From the NCBI GenBank assembly GCA_038214755.1, contig JBBQRQ010000024.1:1-55320 (forward strand): DNA of 55,320 nucleotides, read 5' to 3'. Origin of the DNA: Verrucomicrobiota bacterium (lineage in GTDB: Bacteria > Verrucomicrobiota > Verrucomicrobiia > Limisphaerales > CANJXF01). Below, one piece after another: positions 1-9,906 of this stretch. Under the pieces are notes generated by a model. It saw nothing but the letters and a program-made list of their open reading frames with translations, did no database searches and had not been told where the DNA came from. Both the position numbers and the translations under genes were made by a program. Each line of letters opens with the position of its first letter. Positions within the stretch are counted from its first letter, which is position 1.

Positions 1-1
1 C

Positions 2-1480
2 ACCTGGTACGACGTGGCCGTCGTTTCTCCTGATCCGAACAACGTCTATTGGGTTTCTTTTCCCGGCTGTTTGATTGGGCCAGTTCCACCCTTTCGCGGA
101 TGCAGTGTGAATCTTCCGGTCGATGCGAATTGCGATCAACACGTCGCGCGCGCCTCGGATTCCGGCGCGCTCGCCCCAATACGCGTTCGATTTAAACTTA
201 CTCCCGGCACGCGCGAATATCGGATTTATCGCCGCGCCGACGAAGGGCCGTTGACCTTGGTGGCGCAGGGCGCGGGCGCATACGACCCGGCGAAGCCAAA
301 TAAAATTCTGGAAGTGCGCGACGACGCGATGCCGTCCAGCCCGACGCGCCTGTGTTACTTCGTTCAATTGCTCAATGAACATGGCAACGGTAGCCCGCTT
401 TCTTTTATCGGTTGCAAGGAAGTCAAACCCGCCACCTTGCCGCGACCCGTTTTGTCCGAGCCGCAAGCCATCGGTGCGACGAACAATCCGCAAGTCTCGC
501 TCAATTGGTTTTGTCCGACACCCGGTGTTGCGCGGTTCCAATTCAAGATCAGTCTGGCCGATGCGCCGACGCCATCGGCTCCGAGTGGATTTGTCGGTCC
601 GCAAATAAAAGTGTTTCCGGCTTACAACAAAGATTCCAGTTATCTCGGACTCGGGAACGCAAAGGAGGTGTATCTGTCTATTTTTTCAGAAGCACACTTG
701 ACCTCCCGAATTGGTGCGGGTTTTGGCCCAGGGCCGAAATTTACAATCAATGCCAACGTCATGCCGAATGTGACCTACAACATTTCCGTCGCGGCGGTGG
801 ATGATCAAGGGCACGTCGGCAACGCTTCGGGAGTCTGGCAATTCAAGTGGATCCCGCCCGTGCAACTCGCGACCGTGCCGTGGCCCGCGCGAAAACTTCC
901 GCCAGTGCAGACCTTCAACGTGGACGGGCCGGGAGTGACGGCGGGCTTATTACAAGACGCCAACTTCCAACTGGATCGGCGTTGGCCGGTGGGCATTCGC
1001 ATCGGCCAGATGAACCAGGACTCCGATCAAATAGGAATTACTTTCAATGTTCCAGGGACTAACTATGCGAGTTACAATGTTTACCCGTTCACCTTGAATC
1101 CCGATCCCAACACGCAAGTCTTCCGCAGGAAATCGAGCGGAGAAAATTTGCTGCCGATTGTCGTTTACCGGCAACAGGTGACGAATGCGAGTTTCCCGAA
1201 AGTTTCGGGCGACGTGACGCAGGTGTCTCCGTTGATTGAACGTGTTCCGTGGACGGTATTCACCGTAAACCAGAGTTATCGGACGGTGGTGATTCCCGAC
1301 CGGCTCTTTGCCATCGGTTACGATGTGACGATGGAGAATTATTTTTATCCGCTCTGGCTGCGCGACCAACAGCCGGTGTTGTTGGGTGCGCGCTATCGCT
1401 ATTCCGTGGTGCGCTTCAATGCGAAGCGCGAACCGGTGGAAGTGATTTCAGCAGGAGAAGTGGAAATTCCGTCGCAATAA
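2..1480 (+). CDS. C-terminal part of a large, probably secreted hypothetical protein with fibronectin-III-like beta domains (5' end outside window)
   Basis: Frame is open from base 2 (ACC TGG TAC GAC GTG...), so GTG14 is not a true start. The Pro/Thr/Asn-rich beta sequence has FN3-like motifs (YRIYRR, YNISVAAVD). It stops 4 bp before the next ATG. Confidence 0.75.
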   Translation, partial: TWYDVAVVSPDPNNVYWVSFPGCLIGPVPPFRGCSVNLPVDANCDQHVARASDSGALAPIRVRFKLTPGTREYRIYRRADEGPLTLVAQGAGAYDPAKPNKILEVRDDAMPSSPTRLCYFVQLLNEHGNGSPLSFIGCKEVKPATLPRPVLSEPQAIGATNNPQVSLNWFCPTPGVARFQFKISLADAPTPSAPSGFVGPQIKVFPAYNKDSSYLGLGNAKEVYLSIFSEAHLTSRIGAGFGPGPKFTINANVMPNVTYNISVAAVDDQGHVGNASGVWQFKWIPPVQLATVPWPARKLPPVQTFNVDGPGVTAGLLQDANFQLDRRWPVGIRIGQMNQDSDQIGITFNVPGTNYASYNVYPFTLNPDPNTQVFRRKSSGENLLPIVVYRQQVTNASFPKVSGDVTQVSPLIERVPWTVFTVNQSYRTVVIPDRLFAIGYDVTMENYFYPLWLRDQQPVLLGARYRYSVVRFNAKREPVEVISAGEVEIPSQ

Positions 1481-1484
1481 TCGC

Positions 1485-4400
1485 ATGAGGAATAAATCCG
1501 AAATCCGAAATCCGAAATCCGAAGCAAGCGTCACGGAGCGCGGACAGCTTTGTCCGCGTGTATTCCGATTCAAATCCGAAATCCGAAATCCGAGATCCGA
1601 AAGAAATCCGAAGCCCGAATACCGAAGGCGCTGCGGAACTGCACTGATCGCAAATCACTTTTGTGCGCGCTGCCGGGAAGTCTTTTTCGGCTTTCGGATT
1701 TCGGATTTCTTTCGGATTTCGGGGACTCGGATTTCGGATTTCGCGTTCAATTTCTTTTTTGCTTTTTTCGCGACGACATTGCTTCTCGTACCCTCCAGTT
1801 CCCGCGCCGCTTTTGTTTCCGAAACTGCGACTGAATTTTTTACCAGCGGTTATTTCAACAACGACACCAATGCGGATGTCCTCGTCCTCGACAAAGTCAC
1901 CGGCATCGGACGCGTTGGTTACCAGGACGGAACTGGCGCGCTCACCTGGTCTGCGCCTTTGCTCACTGGAGTAGAGAACGTCACCGGCTGCGCGGTGGGA
2001 AAATTTTTGCAATCCACTCGCGACAATCTCGCCGTCACCTCCACCGACTATAATCGCGTTCCTCTCGTTGACCTTTCCAATACGAATTCCGCGAGCACTC
2101 CGTTTATCGTGACACCGCTCGGAATTGGAGCGCACACGTTGGTGGGAATGGTTCAGCCATCGTCGTCGCTGGATGCGTTGTTCGTCGCCAGCGCCTTCAA
2201 CAGTCCGCCCGCCGAGCGGATCGAGTTGATTAACTTTTTCCCCGGCCCTCTTACCTCGACATTTGGCCCGTTCAACGAAACAGGTTTGTTCGAGCGCGGC
2301 AACGCATTGCAAGTGACGACGAATGGTCCAACGTTTGCCGTCGGCCTCGTTCGCGGCGAAACGAATGACACACTGCACCTCTGGCAATTTACCAATGCGC
2401 CAAGCGTCATCGCCACGTTGAGCAATCTTCCGCCCGGCAGCGATTACGTGTTCGGAAAATTTGACGGACAAATTCTGCCGCATTTTTGGTTTTATGTTTC
2501 CGGACAATCGAACGTGACCATTCGCCCTCTGATTTCCAGCGGCGGTGGCTATAATTTCGGCGCGGCGATTTCGCTGAACTTCACGCAAGCGGTTCAGAAT
2601 ATTTATTACGTCGCGCAAGGCAACGACGGCAGCGCGTTCATCCGATTTGGCGACGGCATTCAAGGCGCGCGATTACCTGGAGGTTCGCCCCAACTCGCCC
2701 CGAAATACCGCGGGGGTGGAGGAGCATCCGGCAACGTGTTTAGCGGAATCGCAGAACTGGACAACGGACGATTCGCTCTGTTCAGCGCGCCCACCGGAGG
2801 CGTGAGTTCTGTTCGCGCCCAAGTGATGACCTTCGACGGGACGACCTATACGCAGATCAGTTCCAACAATCTCCCTTCGCTCACGACGCGCAACACGCGG
2901 GCGACGGTGTGGCTGTTTCAATCCGAGCCGTTCATCACCAGCGCGGCCACGCTCATCTCTTCGCTTACCGTGCCGGACTGGAGCAGTGGCGTCTTTGGTT
3001 TGCCCGGTTCGCTTTCGGTGCGCGCGGAAAATGATGCGGGCGCGTCATCGGGTTTAGGAAGTCCCGCCACAAATAATTTAGGCGCGCCGCCATCCGGCAC
3101 GACCTACGCCTTGCCCGATCAATATCGCGACGACATTTCTTTTTTCAGCTACGCGCCGCCCCGTCCTGCGGAGCCGGTCGTCATCACCATTTCTCCAGCG
3201 CCCGGAAATTATGGCGGGCCGATCCAAATTTCGTTCACCAAACAAAACGTCGCGCACCAGGTTTTTTATCAAGTCGGAAATGCGGATACCTATCATTTGT
3301 ATTCCGCGCCGTTCACGTTGACGAACGACACGACAATTAATTATTACGGCAATGTGCCGGGCGGCTCGCGCGGGCGATTGCAATTCGCCAGTTACACCGT
3401 GGGGCACACCAACATTCCACTGACTCCGCCGGTGAAATTGCCGGGGAGCGACACCAATCCGCCGCCTAATCTGAATACGAATTTTGTGCAGCTTTCCGCG
3501 AATGGAACGTTGTTTTACAGTCGCCACACAGCGCTCGCTGAATCGGAAAATTTTCAAGGACCCTCGCCCTACTTGAGTCTGGCGGACAGTCCATTTAACG
3601 CGGCTGGTTTTAATTATTTTTACCTCGAAGATTTTGAAGACGGCGCGTTCAACACTCCCGGCGCGACGCCGAGCGCGGGCTGGGTGGTCGTAGGACCGGG
3701 CGGAGTGGATTCGGTGGAGCCTGGTGGACGTTCGTATTATTCTGGCGGCTCACAAACCAACCTCACCATCACCTTCAATGCAGCGGCGCTCGGAGGAAAA
3801 CTTCCGACTCACGCGGGAATTGTTTGGACAGATGTCGGATCGGTCAACCCCGGCACATTTGGATTCGGCAATGTGCGTTTCACCGCGCGCGATGCGAACG
3901 GCGTTTCCCTTGGAACAAATTTTGGAAACAATTTGGGCAACGGCTCAGGCATCCCGTCGTCGGCGGAAGACCGTTTCTTCGGCATCGTAAATCCCGGCGG
4001 AATTTCCAGCATCAGCATCAGCATGCCCAACAGTGGCGATTGGGAAGTTGACCATTTGCAATATGGCTTTTTGGACTCCGCCGGATTTAACGATTCCATC
4101 TGGGCAATCAATCTCGACGGCACCGGCGAAAAATTCGTGACCGAAGGCGCGCGCCCGCGTGTTTCGCGCGACGGTCAATGGATGGCTTTCCTGCGCGAAG
4201 GCGGGAGTGTCACCACGCGCGGAAATTTGTGGTTGAGAAATCTCCAGACAGGAGCGGAAACCCGTTTCTTCACCAACACCGATTCCATCGTCGGTTTCGA
4301 TTGGAATGGAAACGCAGAATTAATTTTCGACAACAACTGCGGTCTCTTTCGCAAGCCGCTCAACGGACCGGCCACACCACTTCCACTCGCCATCACTCCT

Positions 4401-5360
4401 GAATGTCTCAATGGCGCGCCCGTCGTCAATCCGTTGAATGCGCGTCTGGCTTTTCAGAACTTGAGCCCGAATGCGGCCGGCGTTTACGTCACTCCGCCCG
4501 ATTGGTCGTCGCGCACAAGAGTGAACGAGCCGGCCACTCTTCGTCTGCGCTGGCCGGGATGGTCGTTCGATGGCGCGCGCTTGGCGATGGCAGATCGAGT
4601 GTCCTCCGCGTTCATTAATACCGGGGTCAATTTGTGGACAGCGGCGGCAGACGGTTCGAATCTGCACCAGATCACGGTGTTGACCGAGCCAACGGGCGGC
4701 TTTCCGCACGGTGCCATTTGGACCCCGGACGGCCGGGCACTGGTCGGCGCCGGCCGCATTTACGGAACGAATGGATTGTGGATCATCCCTCTTTCGGAGG
4801 ACGGCTTCACCTGTAGTGGTTCGCCTCGCCTCCTGCTCACGTCCGCTGGAAGCGAAATTGATTTTGCTGGTTCGATCCGCGTCGCGCCTCCTGCGCCGAT
4901 CGGTGTGATGCCCGGATTATTTGTTCGTCAGGAACCGAATGCCGTGGTGGTTTATTGGAGCACCAACTTCGCAGGCTACACTTTGGAAAGTCAGATGAAT
5001 CTTTCTCCCCTTGGGGCCTGGACGCCGATTACCGGACCTTACTTTTTGGCAGGAGGTTACTACGAGTATCGCGAAGCTCGCGCGAATCTTGCCGCTGGAA
5101 AATTTTTTCGGCTGCGCTTAACCGGCGTGATCATTCTGACGCCGTCCGAGCCGGACCTCTCATTTCGTTTCGAATCTAACCAGGTCGTTTTAAATTGGCC
5201 TTCGAGTTATGCGAGTTACACGCTTGAAGTAACGACGAACCTTTCACCACCGGTGATGTGGTCGCAGGTGACCGGAACCTATCAGACCAATGGCGTCGTC
5301 GAATTTCGCAGAAATTTGCCCGGCCCGCCCCAGGAATTCTATCGGCTGCGCTGGCCTTGA
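1485..5360 (+). CDS. Large secreted multidomain protein: FG-GAP-like N-terminus, chitobiase/beta-hexosaminidase C-terminal-like domain, TolB/PD40-like propeller, two tandem C-terminal FYRL-type domains
   Basis: 1291-aa ORF. Signal-peptide-like FFFAFFATTLLLVPSSSRA-A follows a repeat-derived leader. Motifs: GYFNNDTNADVLV, ISPAPGNY..YSAPFTL, SRDGQWMAF, WSFDGARLA, WTPDGRAL. The C-terminus has KFFRLR and EFYRLRWP. Confidence 0.8.
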   Translation: MRNKSEIRNPKSEASVTERGQLCPRVFRFKSEIRNPRSERNPKPEYRRRCGTALIANHFCARCREVFFGFRISDFFRISGTRISDFAFNFFFAFFATTLLLVPSSSRAAFVSETATEFFTSGYFNNDTNADVLVLDKVTGIGRVGYQDGTGALTWSAPLLTGVENVTGCAVGKFLQSTRDNLAVTSTDYNRVPLVDLSNTNSASTPFIVTPLGIGAHTLVGMVQPSSSLDALFVASAFNSPPAERIELINFFPGPLTSTFGPFNETGLFERGNALQVTTNGPTFAVGLVRGETNDTLHLWQFTNAPSVIATLSNLPPGSDYVFGKFDGQILPHFWFYVSGQSNVTIRPLISSGGGYNFGAAISLNFTQAVQNIYYVAQGNDGSAFIRFGDGIQGARLPGGSPQLAPKYRGGGGASGNVFSGIAELDNGRFALFSAPTGGVSSVRAQVMTFDGTTYTQISSNNLPSLTTRNTRATVWLFQSEPFITSAATLISSLTVPDWSSGVFGLPGSLSVRAENDAGASSGLGSPATNNLGAPPSGTTYALPDQYRDDISFFSYAPPRPAEPVVITISPAPGNYGGPIQISFTKQNVAHQVFYQVGNADTYHLYSAPFTLTNDTTINYYGNVPGGSRGRLQFASYTVGHTNIPLTPPVKLPGSDTNPPPNLNTNFVQLSANGTLFYSRHTALAESENFQGPSPYLSLADSPFNAAGFNYFYLEDFEDGAFNTPGATPSAGWVVVGPGGVDSVEPGGRSYYSGGSQTNLTITFNAAALGGKLPTHAGIVWTDVGSVNPGTFGFGNVRFTARDANGVSLGTNFGNNLGNGSGIPSSAEDRFFGIVNPGGISSISISMPNSGDWEVDHLQYGFLDSAGFNDSIWAINLDGTGEKFVTEGARPRVSRDGQWMAFLREGGSVTTRGNLWLRNLQTGAETRFFTNTDSIVGFDWNGNAELIFDNNCGLFRKPLNGPATPLPLAITPECLNGAPVVNPLNARLAFQNLSPNAAGVYVTPPDWSSRTRVNEPATLRLRWPGWSFDGARLAMADRVSSAFINTGVNLWTAAADGSNLHQITVLTEPTGGFPHGAIWTPDGRALVGAGRIYGTNGLWIIPLSEDGFTCSGSPRLLLTSAGSEIDFAGSIRVAPPAPIGVMPGLFVRQEPNAVVVYWSTNFAGYTLESQMNLSPLGAWTPITGPYFLAGGYYEYREARANLAAGKFFRLRLTGVIILTPSEPDLSFRFESNQVVLNWPSSYASYTLEVTTNLSPPVMWSQVTGTYQTNGVVEFRRNLPGPPQEFYRLRWP
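1494..1743. repeat. AAATCCG heptamer arrays with an inverted CGGATTT array, plus an embedded REP-like hairpin, all inside the 5' end of the 1485 ORF
   Basis: AAATCCG x4 at 1494-1521, about 6 degenerate copies at 1572-1627, the inverse array at ~1686-1743, and GGAGCGCGGACAGCTTTGTCCGCGTG at 1535-1560. Confidence 0.9.
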
Positions 5361-5409
5361 ATGGAACCAACTTGAGTTTTCAGCGGTTGCCAAAAAATAT
5401 TTCCGGAGA

Positions 5410-5482
5410 GGATCGCCGATTTCCAAATCGGCATGGTGTCGAACGCTCGGCTGCAACGAGCCGAACCGGAGTTCGGCGTTCC
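5410..5482. repeat. REP-like inverted doublet
   Basis: GGATCGCCGATTTCCAAATCGGC ... GCCGAACCGGAGTTCGGCGTTCC lies between convergent genes. Confidence 0.7.
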
Positions 5483-5534
5483 GTTCCCAACGCCGCAGAG
5501 AGAATCAATCCACGTTACGAATTTTCCTGAGCGA

Positions 5535-7793
5535 CTACTTCTTGGCCGGGGAGGGGACGCGCGTTGCGTTTTTTGATTCGAGAATTAAAACCCAATCGTG
5601 AAGTTGCCCGGCACTCCGGAATTCAGGAGGAGGACAGGTCCACCACCCGCCCTCGTCGGAGTTGATAGGGCCGAGGACCGTCTTCTCGCCGGTCACTGGA
5701 TCGAAATAGGTAGCGGCATAGGTGTTGTGATTGCCGAGGTTTTTAACCACGACGCTTTCGCTTTCCGGGACGTAGATGAGCCGCACGACTCCAGGAATTC
5801 CCGACGACTGCGGGCCGAAAACATCGGTGTTTTTTTGCGGATCAATTGTTCCCCACGGCCCGCCGCCATTTTTGCCGATGACCAGAACCTTCTCCCACGA
5901 ATTGTCTTCAACGTCCGTTTTATCCCAACCCGGAGATTCACTTTTGGCCGAACGCCACGTCGCGTCTGAAATAATTTTCAACGAGTCGCCGTCGGCAAAT
6001 TGAATTTCCATTCGGGCGATCAGTCCGGCCGGATTCGCTCCGGCGTCTGGAATATTTTCCGCCGCAATCGCGATGAGGTTTGTTCCAGTTCTTAGAAACC
6101 GAGCGATGTCGTCGAACTGTTTTCCCGTTCGCCAATCGTTTCCTGAACCAACTGAGTCGCCATTCAAGCGCGCGGAAAATTGATTGTCTGCCGCGACGCG
6201 AAGTTGCGCGGTTTTGATTTTTTTATTTTCCGGCAGAACAAAAGTTTTGCGAAAAAATCTTTTTTCAGCGGGCGCGTTTTGGGCGGGATTACCTTCGGGA
6301 AACCAAATCCAATTCGCGCTGTCAAAACTCAAATTGGATTTTTGCGCGAACGTGGCCCACTCCGGGTGCGGCTGAAATTTGTGCCAGGAATATTGTTGAA
6401 AAAGTTTTCCGCCGAGAGCGACTTGCCGCGAGCCGGGCAGATTCATCGCTTCGTCCCACGGAATTTTTCCGTAACCAAACCCGCCTTTGTGATGAGGCGA
6501 CGGGCCGTGCGGATCGTTCTTTCGATTCACCTGCCAGATTCCATTCGCTCCGTAAGTGTGACCCGCTGCGCCGTTCATCATGCAGAGCCAAAACATTCGC
6601 CGCGTCCATTCCGTCGGCAAATTGTCGCCGAGCATTTCAAAGGCAGCTTCACCATTGATGACCGGCATCACCGGCTGGTCGGCGTAAGATTCGCGCATGG
6701 TGTTGACGGTGGGTGCAACGGCGTCGCGCTGGCCATGCGGCGTTTGCAGCATGTCGATGTCGATGAGCGAAAGATCGTCGATGGCGTGACGCGCGCTGAG
6801 TCGGCCAAGGCCAGTCGGATGAATCGTGACGAGCCGATGAAATGGATCGGTCTCGCGAATGTAGCGCGTGACCTCCGTCCAATCTTTCACCTGCTGGCGG
6901 TCGTCGTACGGAAAGTTTTTCGCGAGATACCACGGAAGATTTGCTTCGCCTGCCGTGCACCAGACCACGGGCAACGCGCCGTAACGCGCGATGAGATAGC
7001 GCCAGTGCGCCTCGGATTTTTCCACGCCCATCCATTGCATGAAATATCCCCACGCGCCGACGATGACCGGTGTGAAACCTTGATCGACGAGATAGAGCAA
7101 ACGTTTGTCCGCCGCAGCAAAATATTCCGGGAGAATGCTGGAATAATTTGTTTGCCACGGGTAGCCCGCTTCGTTCGCGCCGCGCGTATCGAATGGGTGC
7201 ATGTCGGGAAAAAGTCCGGCGACCAGTTGGATGACGTTGAAACCTTTTTCCTTCCGATCCTGCGCGAGCTTTTGCACATCCTCCGGCCAATGCAGCCGGG
7301 CGGAAAGTCCCATCCACCACGTATCGCCCATCCAGAAAAACGGCGTGCCGTCGTGGTATTCCAAGTAGCGGCGGTCGGCGGATAATTTTAGCGGGCCGTG
7401 ACGATAAAGAAGATTTTGTCCGCGGTAAGGTTTGATTTCCACTTTGCCCGCGACACCGTGAAGCCCTTTGTCTTTTGTGTCGGAACATTCGCTGCGGAAC
7501 CGATGCGTTCCAATGGTGGGCGATGCATAACGCGCTTTCCAAATATTTGTTCCCGCCCAAAAGGCCGGGACGCGAAGCTCACGTTTTTGTGGCTCAATGA
7601 AAACGACATCGAGGGTCACGGCATTGAATAGATCGGCGTGAGTTTGTTTCGCGGTGAAAGTCAATTCGACCATGACGTTCGCTTCCGTTTTGAAAATTGT
7701 TTCCTTCGCCGAAGCGACCCACGCAAATCCCGCCCAGAGTAACAACGCGAAAAGCAACTTGTGCCAGGACGGGTTTTTCAAATTTATCTTCAT
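5535..7793 (-). CDS. DUF5060/DUF4038 (apiosidase GH140-like) secreted glycoside hydrolase with an inserted rhamnosidase-N-like sugar-binding domain
   Basis: Signal peptide. Motifs: PAFWAG..WKARY, DGTPFFWMGDTWW, RKEKGFNVIQ, WRYLIARYGA, TIHP, PVINGE, GAAGHTYGANG. Internal ANWIW..RFFRKTF..ADN module. C-terminal FDPVTG..DWVLIL. Confidence 0.8.
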   Translation of the reverse strand: MKINLKNPSWHKLLFALLLWAGFAWVASAKETIFKTEANVMVELTFTAKQTHADLFNAVTLDVVFIEPQKRELRVPAFWAGTNIWKARYASPTIGTHRFRSECSDTKDKGLHGVAGKVEIKPYRGQNLLYRHGPLKLSADRRYLEYHDGTPFFWMGDTWWMGLSARLHWPEDVQKLAQDRKEKGFNVIQLVAGLFPDMHPFDTRGANEAGYPWQTNYSSILPEYFAAADKRLLYLVDQGFTPVIVGAWGYFMQWMGVEKSEAHWRYLIARYGALPVVWCTAGEANLPWYLAKNFPYDDRQQVKDWTEVTRYIRETDPFHRLVTIHPTGLGRLSARHAIDDLSLIDIDMLQTPHGQRDAVAPTVNTMRESYADQPVMPVINGEAAFEMLGDNLPTEWTRRMFWLCMMNGAAGHTYGANGIWQVNRKNDPHGPSPHHKGGFGYGKIPWDEAMNLPGSRQVALGGKLFQQYSWHKFQPHPEWATFAQKSNLSFDSANWIWFPEGNPAQNAPAEKRFFRKTFVLPENKKIKTAQLRVAADNQFSARLNGDSVGSGNDWRTGKQFDDIARFLRTGTNLIAIAAENIPDAGANPAGLIARMEIQFADGDSLKIISDATWRSAKSESPGWDKTDVEDNSWEKVLVIGKNGGGPWGTIDPQKNTDVFGPQSSGIPGVVRLIYVPESESVVVKNLGNHNTYAATYFDPVTGEKTVLGPINSDEGGWWTCPPPEFRSAGQLHDWVLILESKNATRVPSPAKK

Positions 7794-9093
7794 AGTTTTT
7801 CCTGAAATACCGCGCGTCGCCTCATGGCGGTTTTAATTTCGACGGCATTCGCGCGGTCATCAATGTAATCAGCTTCCCAAAATAAAATTTCTTTCGCGCC
7901 AAGTTTATCCGCGAGGGCGAAAGTTTGTTCAGCGTCCGCGACCGACGAGGGAACCCAAGCGTAAGTCCACACGTTCACTTTTCCTTCGGTTTCTTTTCGC
8001 AGGGCTTGATACGCCAGTTCTGCGTTGCCGCCATTGCGGTAATAACCGGCAGCGACGAGCGAGTCCACGAGTGCTTCTCGCGCCCAGGTCGTCACGTCGA
8101 GCAACAGTCCGCGCAGATTTCCGTCAATTTTATTTTGCTCGCCGCGATAATGCCACGGATGGGCCACCATCGCGGAGATCGGAAGTTTGCGGCGATGCGA
8201 GCGAATGAGTTGGCGGGCGGCGCGCATGAATTCGGTCTGCGGCTCGTCGCGAAGGCGCACCCAGCGTTCATCGCTATTTTTAGTTTCGTGCGGATCAATT
8301 CCAAATTTCTTTTTGAAATTTTTTATCAGTGGCTCTTCGTAACCATTGTCCGCCACGCCGTCGGCATCGGTTTGGGGATTGTCGCGCAGTCACCAGTGCG
8401 AATCCAATCGAAGAAAAACCCGTCCAGGTCGTAGCCTAAAAGTTCCTTGAGCAGCGCGAGTTTGTATTGGCGAACTTCCGGGAAAGCGAAGCTGAGTTGC
8501 GAGCGATAAAATTTCCCATCGCGTTTGCGCCAGCGAAACTCCGGATGTTTTTTGGAAAATTCGGTCTGCAAACCCCAGCCATGATCGTCCTCGTTGATGG
8601 TGAGCCACGCATGAATTTCCAAACCGATTTTGTGCCCGTAACGAATGGCGGCGGCGAAGGTGTCGAACGTGCCGTAGTCCAGTGCGTCGAATTTTTTCAG
8701 CAACGCCGCACGTTGTTCCGGTGTCATGTTGGGAGTGAAGCGTTGCAGGAGTGCTTTGTCTTCGTCGGTTTTAGGATTCCAAAAACTGTCGTCGTCCCAC
8801 TGGCCCATCGGGCGGAGAAGTTTGCTGTTGTAACAAGCGCGTCCGCCATCGAACACGCGCCAATAAACTTGGGACCAGCCCGCGGCTTTGCACAAATCCA
8901 GCATGTGGCGCACGCCCTCTTCGCCCCACGCGATGCCCGGCTTCAACATCCAATCCGAATGAGTCAGCGGCGCGCTCAGAATAAATTTGTGCGGCGCGTC
9001 AGATGTTTTTTCATTTTGCGCCAGCGCGTTGAAGCCAAATGGCAGTGCGCTGCCCGTCAGCAAAGTTTTTTGAAGAAAGGTTCGTCGGTTCAT
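7790..9093 (-). pseudogene. Tat-exported GHL10/DUF187-like glycoside hydrolase split by a 1-bp frameshift (or sequencing error)
   Basis: ORF 8326-9093 (MNRRTFL.., IHAWL, LSFAFPEVRQY, YDLDGFFFDW) and ORF 7790-8356 join into one protein if a G is restored near 8388 (GAC TG CGC GAC -> D V R D N P Q T D A D G V A D N G). Confidence 0.75.
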
Positions 9094-9160
9094 AAGTTAA
9101 TCAGGAAAAAATCTGACTTCACGAAGGTTCGTCTATCCATCATCCCGGTGGCATGGAAAA

Positions 9161-9568
9161 TCACACCAGCGGGTCAATCATCTCGATGGCCGCAGGCGCG
9201 AAGTGTCGGGTATTGTGCGTCGCGACGCTATGACCGTGAAAGAGCGCCGTCGCCGCGATCAGCGAATCTTCGCAAGACATGGTTCGGTTTTTCGATTTGA
9301 GCTCAGCGAGCAATTGTTTCCAACGCATCAACACGGGTTCAGTTAATGGCTCGGTGGCGGATGCAAATTTCTGCCGCGTCTCTTTGAGCCAGGCCGCCAG
9401 TTCGGCGCGATGCGTAGCGGGAGCTTGCTGCAATCCATATTCGAGTTCGGCCAGAGAGACGACGCTGATAAAAAATTCGTCCTGCTGATTCATCCAGGCG
9501 GTAAGCTTGGCCGGAACACGCTTTCGTTCGAGGAGGGAAAGAAGATCTGTGTCGAGTAGAAAGCTCAT
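9161..9568 (-). CDS. vapC: PIN-domain (VapC-type) toxin
   Basis: MSFLLDTD, ISVVSLAELEYG, DSLIAATAL, ATHNTRHF. ATG9568 overlaps the antitoxin TGA (ATGA). Confidence 0.9.
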   Translation of the reverse strand: MSFLLDTDLLSLLERKRVPAKLTAWMNQQDEFFISVVSLAELEYGLQQAPATHRAELAAWLKETRQKFASATEPLTEPVLMRWKQLLAELKSKNRTMSCEDSLIAATALFHGHSVATHNTRHFAPAAIEMIDPLV

Positions 9569-9819
9569 TTGAACGGCAAATAATTCCGCGCCGGAGCGGG
9601 AAAGGGATGCGGACAGCGCGAAAGTTGTTTGAGGAGTTGTTTGCCCGAAGCGCCGCGCCGCGCGGCCGGTTTGGGCGTCAGAACAATACTGTTTCGCCCG
9701 TCCCGCGCCGGACGGACTTCCACGATTCCGCCATTGGACAAGCCCGAAACATCGCGCCACCATTTAGGCAACGTGCCTTGGCCGACCTTGGTGACTGTTA
9801 TCGTGTCCAGTTCCTTCAT
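9565..9819 (-). CDS. AbrB/MazE-family antitoxin
   Basis: ITVTKVGQGTLPKWWR..GL..G..VEV..IVLTP swapped-hairpin pattern, directly upstream of the PIN toxin. Confidence 0.8.
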   Translation of the reverse strand: MKELDTITVTKVGQGTLPKWWRDVSGLSNGGIVEVRPARDGRNSIVLTPKPAARRGASGKQLLKQLSRCPHPFPAPARNYLPFK

Positions 9820-9825
9820 GGTTTA

Positions 9826-9854
9826 AGGATTCATTAATCCAGCCGCTTCGTCAA
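9826..9854 (-). promoter_or_regulatory. Putative sigma70 promoter/operator of the AbrB-VapC pair
   Basis: TTGACG-17 bp-AATCCT-6 nt-ATG. The palindrome GGATT-N4-AATCC (9827-9840) overlaps the -10 box. Confidence 0.5.
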
Positions 9855-9906
9855 CGCATCGCCTTAACTCCATTTTGAGCCATTGAGAAAAATACGTCCC
9901 TACGCG

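Noticed and set aside
1416..2663. 415-aa minus-strand ORF and the many other long antisense ORFs (e.g. 6180-7385, 22912-23880, 26669-27727, 28677-30173)
   Set aside because: They shadow well-supported genes on the opposite strand and have no family motifs, which is typical of GC-rich codon bias.
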